Origin: Saprospiraceae bacterium
GTDB taxonomy: Bacteria > Bacteroidota > Bacteroidia > Chitinophagales > Saprospiraceae
Assembly (NCBI GenBank): GCA_036479655.1
Contig: JAZGFO010000056.1
Location: 20,451 to 84,450, forward strand
Direction: 5' to 3'
DNA: 64,000 nucleotides
The notes beneath the pieces were generated by a model that was given only the letters and a program-made list of their open reading frames with translations, did no database searches and was not told the origin of the DNA. Every line of letters starts with the position of its first letter. Within the stretch, counting starts at the first letter, position 1. A program made the position numbers and the translations under genes. This document shows, piece by piece, positions 1 through 9,950 of this stretch.

Positions 1-1277
1 GAGCATGGGAATCTCGCCCTTTATTAATAGATAATGCGCTATTGGGTGCGAAAGTAGAATATAATATTAATGACAATTGGAAAATTAAAGGATTTAGTGG
101 GAAACAAAAATTTCTTTTTGATGTCAATCCTGGTATAATAAAAGGTGGATCCATTGATGGTTTTATCTCATTAGGCAATGAGGAGAGTCCTATAAGTCTT
201 AGTCCTGGTATTGGGTTTGTTAATCGTACTTTATCAGATGAAAGTATGAACAAAATCATTTCTAATGTAAAAACTTACTTAACTAATGAGCAAATAACAC
301 CTGTCTATAACACCTACCTTACAACATTGTACAACACCCTTAGTTACAAAAGTATAACTTGGTATGTAGAAGGTGCTTATAAGTCTCCCGAAGCATTTTT
401 TGATAGTACAGAGCCAAGAACTGAGCCGAATGGCAAAAAAACATTTGGAAAATTTAGAAAAGAAGCAGGTTCGATTTTGTACACCAGTCTATCCTATGCC
501 AAAGGGAAATTAGGGGTTACTGTAGAAGGGAAACGTACCGAAAACTTTAACTTTAGATCAGATCCAAATCTATCTCTAAATAGAGGTTTAATTAATTATA
601 TTCCTCCTATGAATAGATTAAATACTTATAGATTGACAGCAAGATATGCTCCTGCAACTCAAGACTTAAGCGAATTGGCATATCAAGCTGACGTAAGATA
701 CAGGTTTTCTAAAAAAATAAATGCTCACGCTAATTACTCTAATATTACTGAGCTTGACGGCAATCTACTTTATAGAGAAATACTTGCAGAAATAGAATAC
801 AAATATAAAAGAGCTTGGAAAATAACAGGTGGATTGCAATTGCAAAAGTACAACCAACAAGTGTATGAGGTAAAACCAGAGGTGCCATTGGTAAGTACTG
901 TAACTCCATATCTTGATTTTTTATATAAATTAACACGTAAAAAGTCTATCCGATTTGAAACTCAATATATGGCTACAGATCAAGATTTTGGTAGTTGGTG
1001 GTTTGGTCTTATAGAATTAGGATTAGCTCCTCACTGGATATTCGAAAGTTCCATAATGTACAATATCAAACCATCTAAAAAATCTCCAAAAAATCCAGAT
1101 ACTGGTGAAAGTCTTAATATTATATATCCTACATTAGGTGTTGTATATGTCAATAAGTCAAATAGATTTAGCTTGAGATATGTCAAACAAGTAGAAGGTA
1201 TAGTATGCTCAGGTGGAATATGTAGATTAGAACCTGCATTTAGTGGCGTTAAGTTTTCTATTGCATCTAATTTTTAA
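1..1277 (+). CDS. Outer-membrane beta-barrel protein, 5'-truncated by the window edge (possibly DUF6029-like)
   Basis: The frame is open from nt 3 to the track start at 42 (a TTG) with no stop, so the gene continues upstream. Alternating polar/hydrophobic beta-strand pattern rich in Y/N/G/R. C-terminal ...VKFSIASNF ends in Phe, as in OM barrels. Confidence 0.6.
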   Translation, partial: AWESRPLLIDNALLGAKVEYNINDNWKIKGFSGKQKFLFDVNPGIIKGGSIDGFISLGNEESPISLSPGIGFVNRTLSDESMNKIISNVKTYLTNEQITPVYNTYLTTLYNTLSYKSITWYVEGAYKSPEAFFDSTEPRTEPNGKKTFGKFRKEAGSILYTSLSYAKGKLGVTVEGKRTENFNFRSDPNLSLNRGLINYIPPMNRLNTYRLTARYAPATQDLSELAYQADVRYRFSKKINAHANYSNITELDGNLLYREILAEIEYKYKRAWKITGGLQLQKYNQQVYEVKPEVPLVSTVTPYLDFLYKLTRKKSIRFETQYMATDQDFGSWWFGLIELGLAPHWIFESSIMYNIKPSKKSPKNPDTGESLNIIYPTLGVVYVNKSNRFSLRYVKQVEGIVCSGGICRLEPAFSGVKFSIASNF

Positions 1278-1300
1278 GAAACATATAAAAATAATATATC

Positions 1301-2134
1301 ATGAAAAATATAATCGTTCTATTAGTAATAGTCGCTGCCTTGTTTTCTGCATGCGAAGAAAAACCTGTAATAATTCCAGAGTTTATACCTATCGAAACAG
1401 GTAAAGTCCTTCTTGCCGAAGAATTGACAGGAGTCAGATGTCCAAATTGTCCTGCAGGTTCTGCAAGGTTAGAGACAATTTCTGATAAATTTCCAGGAAA
1501 TGTTATCATAGTAGGCATTCATGGTATTGATCTTGCAAAACCACTTGACGAAAGCAAATATGATTTTAGAAATGAAGATGCTGCGGCATTAGAAGTTTAC
1601 CTCAAACCGTTTTTAGGAAAACCAGCAGCATACTTTAATAGAGTCAAATTTGAAAATCTTGGTGGAGAGTTTGGAAGTATATTTCAAGGACAGTGGGAAG
1701 GTGTTGTAGAAGAAGAATTAAATAAACCTCAAGTTACTCATATTGCAATAGATAAATCTTATGACACCAATACACGAGTATTAGAAATCACGATAACTGT
1801 TAGCCCAATAATTGATATACCGGGAGAAATCAAATTGTCACTAATGCTTACTGAAAGTGAAATTGAAGATGCTCAAGATGATCAATTTGAAATCGTTGAA
1901 GATTATACTCACGAACATGTTTTGAGAGATGTAATCACTACTTTTAATGGTGATTTTTTTGCAGATGGTCTTACTAAAGGAGAAAATGTTAAAAAAAGCT
2001 ATACCTACACTGTACCAGAAAGTGATGATGGATTGTGGAGAGCAGAACATATAGATATCGTGGCATTTGTAGCCAATACAGAAGGTGAGTCTGAAGAAGT
2101 CCTGCAAGCAACTACAGAGCCTCTTTTGGATTAA
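1301..2134 (+). CDS. Omp28-related / thioredoxin-fold lipoprotein with CxxC
   Basis: Lipoprotein signal MKNIIVLLVIVAALFSAC. The motif ELTGVRCPNCPAG (CxxC) lies in a thioredoxin-like context. Sits 24 bp downstream of the OM barrel gene. Confidence 0.6.
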   Translation: MKNIIVLLVIVAALFSACEEKPVIIPEFIPIETGKVLLAEELTGVRCPNCPAGSARLETISDKFPGNVIIVGIHGIDLAKPLDESKYDFRNEDAAALEVYLKPFLGKPAAYFNRVKFENLGGEFGSIFQGQWEGVVEEELNKPQVTHIAIDKSYDTNTRVLEITITVSPIIDIPGEIKLSLMLTESEIEDAQDDQFEIVEDYTHEHVLRDVITTFNGDFFADGLTKGENVKKSYTYTVPESDDGLWRAEHIDIVAFVANTEGESEEVLQATTEPLLD

Positions 2135-2241
2135 AGAACTATTTAACCCAAATTTTGTTAATAATTGAGAAGATTGACAGATTTATTATTGAGAAGTAAA
2201 TCTCAAAATCATCATTTATAATACTAGATTAAAAAATAATT

Positions 2242-3426
2242 ATGAAATATTTACAAACTTTTATTTTACTCCTATTTATTAGTTCTATAGCTATATCACA
2301 AGGAATATCATTTGAATCTTCAACATTTGATAAAGCCTTAGAAAAAGCAAAATCGGAGGACAAACTTGTATTTATTGATGCCTATACTACTTGGTGTGGT
2401 CCTTGTAAATGGATGTCAAAAAATGTATTTACTGATTCTGATATTGGTACATATTTCAACGAAAAATTTGTAAATATGAAGATTGATATGGAGAAAGGAG
2501 AAGGGAAAAGTATTTCTGATAGGTATGATGTAGTTTCTTATCCGACACTATTGTTTGTAGATGGAGATGGAAAAATAATACACAGATCTATTGGTTCTCG
2601 ACCTGTTGCAGATTTTTTGGACTTAGGTAAAGCAGCAAATGATCCAGAAAGACAGATTAGTACATTAACTGCCCGATATACAAAGGGAGAGAAGTCGTCA
2701 GAATTTTTAAAAATATATACTGCCGCTCTTACTTCAGCTGGCAATAAAATATTCGCTGAAATAGCTGAAGAATATATGAATACACAAAAAGATTGGACTA
2801 ATGAAGATAATATGATGTTTATCTATGAGTATTCTGATGCAAGTTTGGACTCAAAATTATTTCAATATATGCTCAAACATAAAGATAGTTTTATTGCCAA
2901 AATTGGTAAAGATAGTTTTGAAGAAAAGGTCGACTGGGCAGCAGACAAAGATAGGTCTAAAATTGGAATTGCCAGAGATGACATATCTGGTTTAAAAAAA
3001 CACTTTGTTAAATATTATGATGGGGAAAAAGCTAATAACAAAGCTATGGTTACATATTTCCGCCAAGCAATGTATGCTAAAGATAAAGTGGGTCAAGAAA
3101 AATTTAAATCAGAAATTCAATTATTCTTAGCTGCATTACCTGATGTAGGATCGAGATTTTACAATAGTGTAGCATGGCAAGTATATGAAATAACTGATGA
3201 TAATGATCTTTTAAAGAAAGCTGCTATTTGGACCGAAAAATCAATAGCCGAAGAAAACAACTCTTATAATAATGATACATTAGCAGCTATACTATTCAAA
3301 TTAGGTAATATTAAAGATGCTAAAAAATATGCCCTCAAATCAATCGAACTGGCAAAAGAAGAAGGCAATGACTACAGTGCCACAGATACATTATTAGAAA
3401 AAATTAATACTAAACTAAAGGGGTAA
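2242..3426 (+). CDS. Exported thioredoxin-family protein with C-terminal helical (TPR-like) region
   Basis: Signal peptide MKYLQTFILLLFISSIAISQ. Canonical thioredoxin motif YTTWCGPCKWM followed by SYPTLLF. The C-terminal ~230 aa are helical repeat-like. Confidence 0.75.
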   Translation: MKYLQTFILLLFISSIAISQGISFESSTFDKALEKAKSEDKLVFIDAYTTWCGPCKWMSKNVFTDSDIGTYFNEKFVNMKIDMEKGEGKSISDRYDVVSYPTLLFVDGDGKIIHRSIGSRPVADFLDLGKAANDPERQISTLTARYTKGEKSSEFLKIYTAALTSAGNKIFAEIAEEYMNTQKDWTNEDNMMFIYEYSDASLDSKLFQYMLKHKDSFIAKIGKDSFEEKVDWAADKDRSKIGIARDDISGLKKHFVKYYDGEKANNKAMVTYFRQAMYAKDKVGQEKFKSEIQLFLAALPDVGSRFYNSVAWQVYEITDDNDLLKKAAIWTEKSIAEENNSYNNDTLAAILFKLGNIKDAKKYALKSIELAKEEGNDYSATDTLLEKINTKLKG

Positions 3427-3593
3427 ATTTACTAAAATTGAGAATTAAACCATAAAATAGGTACAACCTTGCCAATGAATATCATTGAATGATTCTATCG
3501 TGGTTTAGATTCGTCAACTATCTTATTACAAAGTTCTCTGAAATTAATTTTTCAAATGTAACATAAGTCACAACTAACACCTTTTATACCTTA

Positions 3594-3601
3594 TACATTT
3601 G
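3594..3601 (+). promoter_or_regulatory. Candidate Bacteroidota -7 promoter box (TACATTTG)
   Basis: Exact match to TAnnTTTG, 66 nt upstream of the ATG at 3667. No good -33 TTTG at the expected spacing. Confidence 0.3.
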
Positions 3602-3666
3602 CACTTATATTAGGCTAACTATCTGAGTATATCACTTGATAATAATAGCATTATTTAATAAATAAA

Positions 3667-4284
3667 ATGAAAAAAATGAAAAAAACATTACAATCTTTAG
3701 GTTTAGCATTATTAGTAACAATAATTACAATTGGACAAGTATCATCCCAAAAAGCAGAAATTGTTGTTAATGAAGGAGAAAGTACTTTTTTACCTTTTCT
3801 TAAGTCTGGATTTAGACCAGCAATAGGCATAGCACCAGTAGCTGGAATAGTAAAATTTGATGATGCTGACCAAACACTTACTGCGTATGGTTTAGAGATA
3901 TCATTGCAATGTCCTATGTATCAATGTAAGACTAATTATATACGTCAACAAATATCAATAGTATTGGCAAAAAATGATGAATTTAGTAGCTTGGCTTTAG
4001 AATTAGCGCCACATTATAGACTTCCATTAGGAACATCATTAGAGTTAGGAGTAGGACCTCATTTGGGTGCAAATATTATTAAATTAGATCTGATAGATAC
4101 AGCTACTGATACAGAAACAGTATTTGCATATGGTGCGGGTACTAGTATTAATTATTTCATGGAAAGGGTGTACTTTAGTACTGAAGCTAGATATACACTA
4201 ACTACAGAAGCTGAATTTGAATCTGGCTACACTTCTAATTATAATAATCTAAGAGTACTTGGAAAAGTAGGCATCAGATTTTAA
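3667..4284 (+). CDS. Small outer-membrane beta-barrel (porin-family) protein
   Basis: Signal peptide ...LVTIITIGQVSSQ. 205 aa with alternating beta-strand pattern. C-terminal LRVLGKVGIRF ends in Phe. Confidence 0.6.
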   Translation: MKKMKKTLQSLGLALLVTIITIGQVSSQKAEIVVNEGESTFLPFLKSGFRPAIGIAPVAGIVKFDDADQTLTAYGLEISLQCPMYQCKTNYIRQQISIVLAKNDEFSSLALELAPHYRLPLGTSLELGVGPHLGANIIKLDLIDTATDTETVFAYGAGTSINYFMERVYFSTEARYTLTTEAEFESGYTSNYNNLRVLGKVGIRF

Positions 4285-4304
4285 TAAGGTTATAACCAAT
4301 AACT

Positions 4305-4344
4305 AAAAAGGCATTTGTGAATATTCACAAATGCCTTTTTTTTT
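4305..4344. terminator. Bidirectional intrinsic terminator between convergent genes
   Basis: Perfect 26-nt palindrome ggcatttgtgaatattcacaaatgcc (4310..4335), flanked by A5 upstream and T9 downstream. Confidence 0.85.
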
Positions 4345-4358
4345 AGTCTTTTCCTTTG

Positions 4359-5102
4359 TTAATATGAAGTAGGAGCTGCCATAGCTGCTCCTACAATACC
4401 AGCATTATTAAGCAATTTTGCCGGTTCTATTGGAGCAGAAGTCTTAAGATATTCAGCATATTTATCAAATTTTCTACTTACGCCCCCTCCAATAAATATT
4501 TTGTCAGGCGATAATATCTTTTCTATATGTTTAATCACTTTATTCAACTCTTTTCCCCAAGATTTCCAGCTTAGATCTTTTATTTCTCTAGCCCCATTAG
4601 AAGCATATTTTTCTGCGATACTATCTTTATAGTAGATTTGTCCAAACTCAGTATTACTAAGCAGGTTACCATCGAGAAACACTGCTGATCCAATACCTGT
4701 ACCAAGAGTTAGTAAAATTATTAATCCACTTTGATCGATATGTCCACCAAATTCCATTTCTGCAATTCCTGCAGCATCTGCATCATTAATTACATTGATT
4801 GGACTTTTTAATTTGGTGGTAAGATATTCAGCAATTGGAAAATTTACCCACTTTTCATCAATATTACTCGCTGACAATACAACACCATTTTTCACAATGG
4901 CAGGAAAACCCATGCCTATTGGCTTACCTTTCCAGTTAAGGTCCGCAACGATTTGTTTCATTACAACTACCATGTTTTCAGGTGTTGCTGGTTTTGGTGT
5001 TGGGTATTTGATTCTATCAGTAATTAGTATGCCTTTTTTTATATCTACAATTGCTCCTTTAATACCAGTAGCTCCAACATCTATACCTAATATTTCTCTC
5101 AT
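4359..5102 (-). CDS. ROK-family sugar kinase (polyphosphate glucokinase-like)
   Basis: N-terminal ILGIDVGATGIKGAIVD ATPase motif and LTLGTGIGSAV motif. The 247-aa length is typical of PpgK-type ROK kinases. Confidence 0.8.
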   Translation of the reverse strand: MREILGIDVGATGIKGAIVDIKKGILITDRIKYPTPKPATPENMVVVMKQIVADLNWKGKPIGMGFPAIVKNGVVLSASNIDEKWVNFPIAEYLTTKLKSPINVINDADAAGIAEMEFGGHIDQSGLIILLTLGTGIGSAVFLDGNLLSNTEFGQIYYKDSIAEKYASNGAREIKDLSWKSWGKELNKVIKHIEKILSPDKIFIGGGVSRKFDKYAEYLKTSAPIEPAKLLNNAGIVGAAMAAPTSY

Positions 5103-5128
5103 ATAATTAAGTTATTCTTTTGTGATTA

Positions 5129-6052
5129 TTATCTTACTACTCTTACTTTAAGAATTTTTACATCCTCTTTTGGTCTATCTCCTGGATGTGTCTGCACTGC
5201 TGCTATTGCATCTACAATATCTAATCCTTTTTCAATTATTCCAAATACCGTATATTCCATGTCTAAAAAAGGAGTGCCTCCGTATTTTATCAATGAAGCT
5301 CTAGCTTCTGGGCTATATTTTATTCCTTTTCTTGACTCCAAATCATCTATACTATCATCCGATACTTCTCTCCCATGGACAATATAAAACTGTGAACCAG
5401 AAGATTTTTTCTTAGGATTTGCACCATCTCCTTGACGAGCTGCAGCCAATGCACCTTTTACATGTACGTTTTCGGCACTTATTTCTTCATCAATTTTATA
5501 TCCAGGACCACCAGATCCAAGACGTTGATTTGGTTTAGCGTTTTTAGAGTCTGGGTCTCCACCTTGTATCATAAATCCATCAATTACTCTATGGAATAAT
5601 AGTCCATCATAAAATCCAGTTTCCGCTAATTTTATAAAGTTGTCTCTGTGCTTAGGTGTACTATCATATAATCGTATTGTTACAGATCCCATAGTAGTCT
5701 CCATAGCTAATATACAATCATGTGGCGGATCTATAAGAATTTCTCGTTCGCTCATACTTTCATTTTTACCTTTTTTAGCTATTAATTTGACGTTATATTT
5801 TCCTGACATAAAATACTTATGTTCTGGAGATTCGTCAGTTGACGTGTTACCGTCCCCAAAATCCCAAAAATATGATTCTGCCTTTTCAGAATTATTGACA
5901 AATTTTATATTTGTAGGTGCTTCATTTCTATATTCAGTTATTTGAAATTTTGAAAAAGGTTTGGCACATGATGACAATATCAAAACTGCAATTATCACTA
6001 CTAAAAACTTACTGTTATACATATTATATTTTTTTTCTAATTTGTAACTCAA
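5129..6052 (-). CDS. PKD-domain / cyclophilin-type peptidyl-prolyl isomerase fusion lipoprotein
   Basis: Lipobox ...VLILSSC. PKD signature YFWDFGDGNTSTDESPEHKY. Cyclophilin core FHRVIDGFMIQGGDP ... SSGSQFYIV. The start may be the internal MYNSKF. Confidence 0.85.
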   Translation of the reverse strand: MSYKLEKKYNMYNSKFLVVIIAVLILSSCAKPFSKFQITEYRNEAPTNIKFVNNSEKAESYFWDFGDGNTSTDESPEHKYFMSGKYNVKLIAKKGKNESMSEREILIDPPHDCILAMETTMGSVTIRLYDSTPKHRDNFIKLAETGFYDGLLFHRVIDGFMIQGGDPDSKNAKPNQRLGSGGPGYKIDEEISAENVHVKGALAAARQGDGANPKKKSSGSQFYIVHGREVSDDSIDDLESRKGIKYSPEARASLIKYGGTPFLDMEYTVFGIIEKGLDIVDAIAAVQTHPGDRPKEDVKILKVRVVR

Positions 6053-6697
6053 CTATTTAGATGCTACTATATTCATTTTTACATCTTTTACTGGTCTATC
6101 TCCTGGTTGAGTAGGCACATTAGCCAATTTATCTATAAGGTCAAATCCTTCAACAACTTCGCCATAGACAGTATATTCCATATCCAATGCTGGAGTTCCT
6201 CCGATTGTTTTATATTTTTCTCTTTGCTCTGCATTATATTTAAAGCCTTTACTTTTTTCAAAACTGTCTAATTGAGCATCCGTTTGTAATTTACCATGGA
6301 CTAAATAAAACTGAGATCCAGAAGACATTTTTTCAGGGTTTCCTGCCCCTCCTGTTCTAGCGGCAGCTATAGTGCCTTTAAAATGTGGTGCACCAATCTC
6401 AGCATCAATTCTATATCCTGGTCCACCACCACCTAATCTGGCTTCAGGGCTTGCATCTTTAGATTTTGGATCACCTCCCTGAACCATAAATCCTTTAATA
6501 ACTCTATGAAAAAGAAGGTCTTTATAATATCCTTCTTTTGCCAATTTCATCATATTGTCCTTATGTTTCGGTGTCGATTCATAAAGTTCAACTTTTAAGT
6601 TGCCAAATTCCGTTTCTATTGTTACGTAAGATTTTTTTTCTCCACATGAAGTAATTATTCCTATTGTCAATAGTATTGCTAATAATTTGAATTTCAT
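6053..6697 (-). CDS. Cyclophilin-type peptidyl-prolyl isomerase lipoprotein
   Basis: Lipobox IGIITSC. Cyclophilin core FHRVIKGFMVQGGDP ... SSGSQFYLV. Paralog of, and directly abutting, the preceding gene. Confidence 0.9.
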   Translation of the reverse strand: MKFKLLAILLTIGIITSCGEKKSYVTIETEFGNLKVELYESTPKHKDNMMKLAKEGYYKDLLFHRVIKGFMVQGGDPKSKDASPEARLGGGGPGYRIDAEIGAPHFKGTIAAARTGGAGNPEKMSSGSQFYLVHGKLQTDAQLDSFEKSKGFKYNAEQREKYKTIGGTPALDMEYTVYGEVVEGFDLIDKLANVPTQPGDRPVKDVKMNIVASK

Positions 6698-6724
6698 TTT
6701 TTAGTTTTTTATAAGTTACATTTT

Positions 6725-7129
6725 TTATACAATATCAAAACCTCCATTCTGGCTTTCTAATCCATTAAAATATCCGATGATTTTTTGCTTCAAAAAATTT
6801 TCTTGTTCATCAGTCCCTACTACATCAAATGATTTTAATTCTTTCCAATGCGGCCAACCATCATGGTCTCTACCTTTAAAAATATAAAAGCCATCATCTT
6901 CTAATAATGTACATATTGCTATGTGCATCAAATCTTGTTTTTCTTCTTTAGTAAAATTAGATTCTGGATTCCATCTACCTAATTCTTGAATTCCGATAAG
7001 GTATAGAATTGATTGTAAATCTGGAAGGGATTGTTTTTGCATCGATACTTTTACAATTTCTCGCACTCTACCCCACTCAAATTCTAATTGCCAATCTTTA
7101 TTTTGAATTTTTTCTTTTGTTACTTTCAT
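6725..7129 (-). CDS. Hypothetical cytoplasmic protein (134 aa)
   Basis: Clean ORF with non-repetitive composition, closely spaced (27-bp gap) upstream of the cyclophilin genes on the same strand. No motif recognised. Confidence 0.55.
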   Translation of the reverse strand: MKVTKEKIQNKDWQLEFEWGRVREIVKVSMQKQSLPDLQSILYLIGIQELGRWNPESNFTKEEKQDLMHIAICTLLEDDGFYIFKGRDHDGWPHWKELKSFDVVGTDEQENFLKQKIIGYFNGLESQNGGFDIV

Positions 7130-7389
7130 ATTGTTTCTCCATCGTCACCAACACCAATGACATTCAAAATGGTATAAGTGTCACAAATATAATATTTATG
7201 AGTAATTAAATATTAATTTAGTTATCAATATTTCAAATTACAAAAAATTTAAATAAGTACATAAAATTAGCTTAAAAAGTGGGGAACTTTACCCTCTAAG
7301 TCTATTCTGCATACTTAATTTTGGGCTAAAAATAGTACTGTTTGTAAAATCGCTTCTTAAAAGAGACTGTTATATTAATAAATTAACCT

Positions 7390-7397
7390 TACATTTG
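7390..7397 (+). promoter_or_regulatory. Candidate -7 promoter box (TACATTTG) for tatA
   Basis: Exact TAnnTTTG match 21 nt upstream of the first ATG of tatA. The -33 element is not convincing. Confidence 0.3.
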
Positions 7398-7417
7398 CAT
7401 TACAAAAAAATAAAATT

Positions 7418-7624
7418 ATGGGTAATTTATTTATTATGTTTGGTATGCCGGGTGGCCCAGAGATGTTATTAATTGCATTTGTCGTGTTATTATTATTTGG
7501 TGGAAAAAAACTTCCAGAATTAATGAGGGGCTTAGGCAAAGGAATACGTGAATTTAATAATGCCAAGGCAAATATTGAAACAGAAGTAAAAGAAAGCATG
7601 AGGGAAATAGACGATAAAAAATAA
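7418..7624 (+). CDS. tatA: Twin-arginine translocase subunit TatA/E
   Basis: [30 protein letters not shown] is the canonical TatA TM helix plus amphipathic helix. The true start may be a downstream Met (7436 or 7445). Confidence 0.9.
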   Translation: MGNLFIMFGMPGGPEMLLIAFVVLLLFGGKKLPELMRGLGKGIREFNNAKANIETEVKESMREIDDKK

Positions 7625-7630
7625 CTAACT

Positions 7631-9919
7631 TTATTTCACATTGTAAAGTATAGTTAATCCTGAATAATAATTTATAGGATTGCCCGGATAATAATATCGC
7701 GGTTCTTTACCTCCAAATCCTTTGGCATTAATTAATATTTGTGAGGCATATTTTTCATTAAATACATTACCAATTCTCGTGTAAATATTTACTGAAATTT
7801 TATCACTTAATAGATATTTGTAACCAATCTTTACATTAGCGATTTTATAAGAATCAGAATACAAACTATTACTATCGGTAATAGGCATGCTGCTTATATA
7901 TTGATAATTGATATGTCCATATATCCCACTTTTTGAGGAAACATCTATTCCTGTTTGCATAATATTTGAAGGTACTCCTGTAAGCTGATTCCCAGAATAA
8001 TCATTTCCTGAATCGACAAAATTATTGAAGTAAAAATTATTTAGTGTGTATGTTAAATAGCCATTTATAGTTACCAATTCATTTTCTACCATTGTACTAC
8101 TAATAGACAATTCTAATCCCTTGTGGTGTGTATTGCCTGCATTGACACCGATATATTGATCTTCTGACAATCTTTTGGCTATAAGCAAATTGTCAATATC
8201 CATAAAGAAAAGTGCTACATTAAAATATACTTTATTGCTAAATAGTTTTCCCCTCGAACCAATTTCATAATTCCAACCAATTTCAGGTTGTATTTCTGTG
8301 TTTATTTTTCCATCGGGTAATAATGTCTCTGTAATACTTGGTGGAGAAAACCCTTGACTAATATTTGAATATATGTAAACATTATCAAATAATTGATGAG
8401 AGACACCAATTTTTGGGGATATTATTCCATCAAATTCATAATCTCCTGATTGATTATTATTACCTATGTTCTTATCCGTTAATGTGTAAGAAGTCTTATT
8501 ATAATTGACCCCAAATGTTACTAATGAACGATCTGATATGTGAAAAATACTTTCAAAAAACAAATTGGAATACTTTCTCAACTCCTTATAATTTGTTAAC
8601 AATGTCCCTTTTACACTTCCAGTTTCTTGAGGATAATCCTTATACAGATTAATAAAAGTTTTTGATTTATGATTATCAAAAAACAACTCGCCACCGATGG
8701 TCCAATCTACCGCTCTTTTGAATAGTCTATTCTTTCCGATTACTCGAGATCGCATGCCAAATGCAAATGTATTTTCTTCTAATATGTTAAAAGGACGGTC
8801 CTCATCAGAATTTCTATATGAAGTAAATACGCTTGTAAAATGCTTAATCTGGTCACTGTATTTATGCTTCCAAGAAACACCTAATAACCCACGATTTACA
8901 TCTTCTTTTCCTTGAGATTTCGCCCATGTAAAAGCAGCAGATTTTGGGTTACTTATATATTTTTCTTCATCTATAGAACTCGGTATCTGAGCTTTAAGAT
9001 TGGTATAATTTCCCAATACTGTAATTTCATTTTTAGCATTGATATAGTGGTTTGATGACAGGGTCACGGTTTGCCTGTCGTATTTATTATTGTCTCTGTA
9101 CCCATCAATATGTGTATCACTATACAATATCTTCAACCCATGCTTTGCGTTACTAATATTTAGATCTAAATAACCTTTTCTCAACCCAAACGAACCAATT
9201 GACAATCCAGCTTTAATAGAAGTTTCTTTTAGATAAGAAAGATTAGGCATCATGTGAATCGCACCACCAAGTCCTGCACCATATATACTTGAGTTTGCTC
9301 CTTTAATTATTTCAATTCTACCAATAGCCTTTAACTCAAATTCTTCTATATTGGTTTCCCCACTACCTGTAGTCAAAGGAATGTCCCCAAAGTAAGCTCT
9401 AATTTTAGAAGTGCCATACAGATTTCTCGAGCCTATTCCTCTTATGGTAATTCTATTAGTATTAAGCGCTCCAGTATGCATGTATAGACCTGGTATTGTA
9501 TTCAATACTGCTGCCATATTGACTTGACTTTTACGCTGAATCACTTTGTTAGGTATAATATTTATAGTTGAAACAGCTTGATTAAGTTTAGTCGACAATT
9601 GATTTGTGGAGACCATGACTTCGTCTAATATAGTGAAATTTGGTCTTAATTGAATTATGGCTGGGCCAGTACTTAATAATTGTACTTCTTTAGAGTAATA
9701 GCCAACAGCCGAAAATCTATATTTAGCACCAATTAACAATTTAAATTGACCATCAATATTTGCTATATACGTCGTACTGTCCTGGGTATTGATTATAAAC
9801 ACATTTGGAATTGCAGCATTATTATCAATGTCAATAATCTGTCCTGTTAACTCATACTGAGCAGTTAAAGAAATTGTATATAGAAAAATAAAAAGTAATA
9901 AAGCTCTTTTTTTGAGCAT
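7631..9919 (-). CDS. TonB-dependent receptor with N-terminal carboxypeptidase-regulatory-like domain
   Basis: Signal peptide, a CarbopepD_reg-like segment (LTGQIIDIDNNAAIPNVFII...), a plug (ILDEVMVSTNQ ... RITIRGIGS) and a long beta-barrel. Starts 31 bp downstream of the 995-aa T9SS gene. Confidence 0.85.
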   Translation of the reverse strand: MLKKRALLLFIFLYTISLTAQYELTGQIIDIDNNAAIPNVFIINTQDSTTYIANIDGQFKLLIGAKYRFSAVGYYSKEVQLLSTGPAIIQLRPNFTILDEVMVSTNQLSTKLNQAVSTINIIPNKVIQRKSQVNMAAVLNTIPGLYMHTGALNTNRITIRGIGSRNLYGTSKIRAYFGDIPLTTGSGETNIEEFELKAIGRIEIIKGANSSIYGAGLGGAIHMMPNLSYLKETSIKAGLSIGSFGLRKGYLDLNISNAKHGLKILYSDTHIDGYRDNNKYDRQTVTLSSNHYINAKNEITVLGNYTNLKAQIPSSIDEEKYISNPKSAAFTWAKSQGKEDVNRGLLGVSWKHKYSDQIKHFTSVFTSYRNSDEDRPFNILEENTFAFGMRSRVIGKNRLFKRAVDWTIGGELFFDNHKSKTFINLYKDYPQETGSVKGTLLTNYKELRKYSNLFFESIFHISDRSLVTFGVNYNKTSYTLTDKNIGNNNQSGDYEFDGIISPKIGVSHQLFDNVYIYSNISQGFSPPSITETLLPDGKINTEIQPEIGWNYEIGSRGKLFSNKVYFNVALFFMDIDNLLIAKRLSEDQYIGVNAGNTHHKGLELSISSTMVENELVTINGYLTYTLNNFYFNNFVDSGNDYSGNQLTGVPSNIMQTGIDVSSKSGIYGHINYQYISSMPITDSNSLYSDSYKIANVKIGYKYLLSDKISVNIYTRIGNVFNEKYASQILINAKGFGGKEPRYYYPGNPINYYSGLTILYNVK

Positions 9920-9950
9920 AACTATTGGTTTTTGTAGTAAATAATGGTCT

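Noticed and set aside
4795-5106. 103-aa plus-strand ORF opposite the ROK kinase, and similar antisense ORFs at 5640..5945, 14915..15211, 16316..16555, 20753..21037 and 37310..37609
   Set aside because: Each lies wholly inside a longer opposite-strand ORF that carries diagnostic family motifs. None has independent support.
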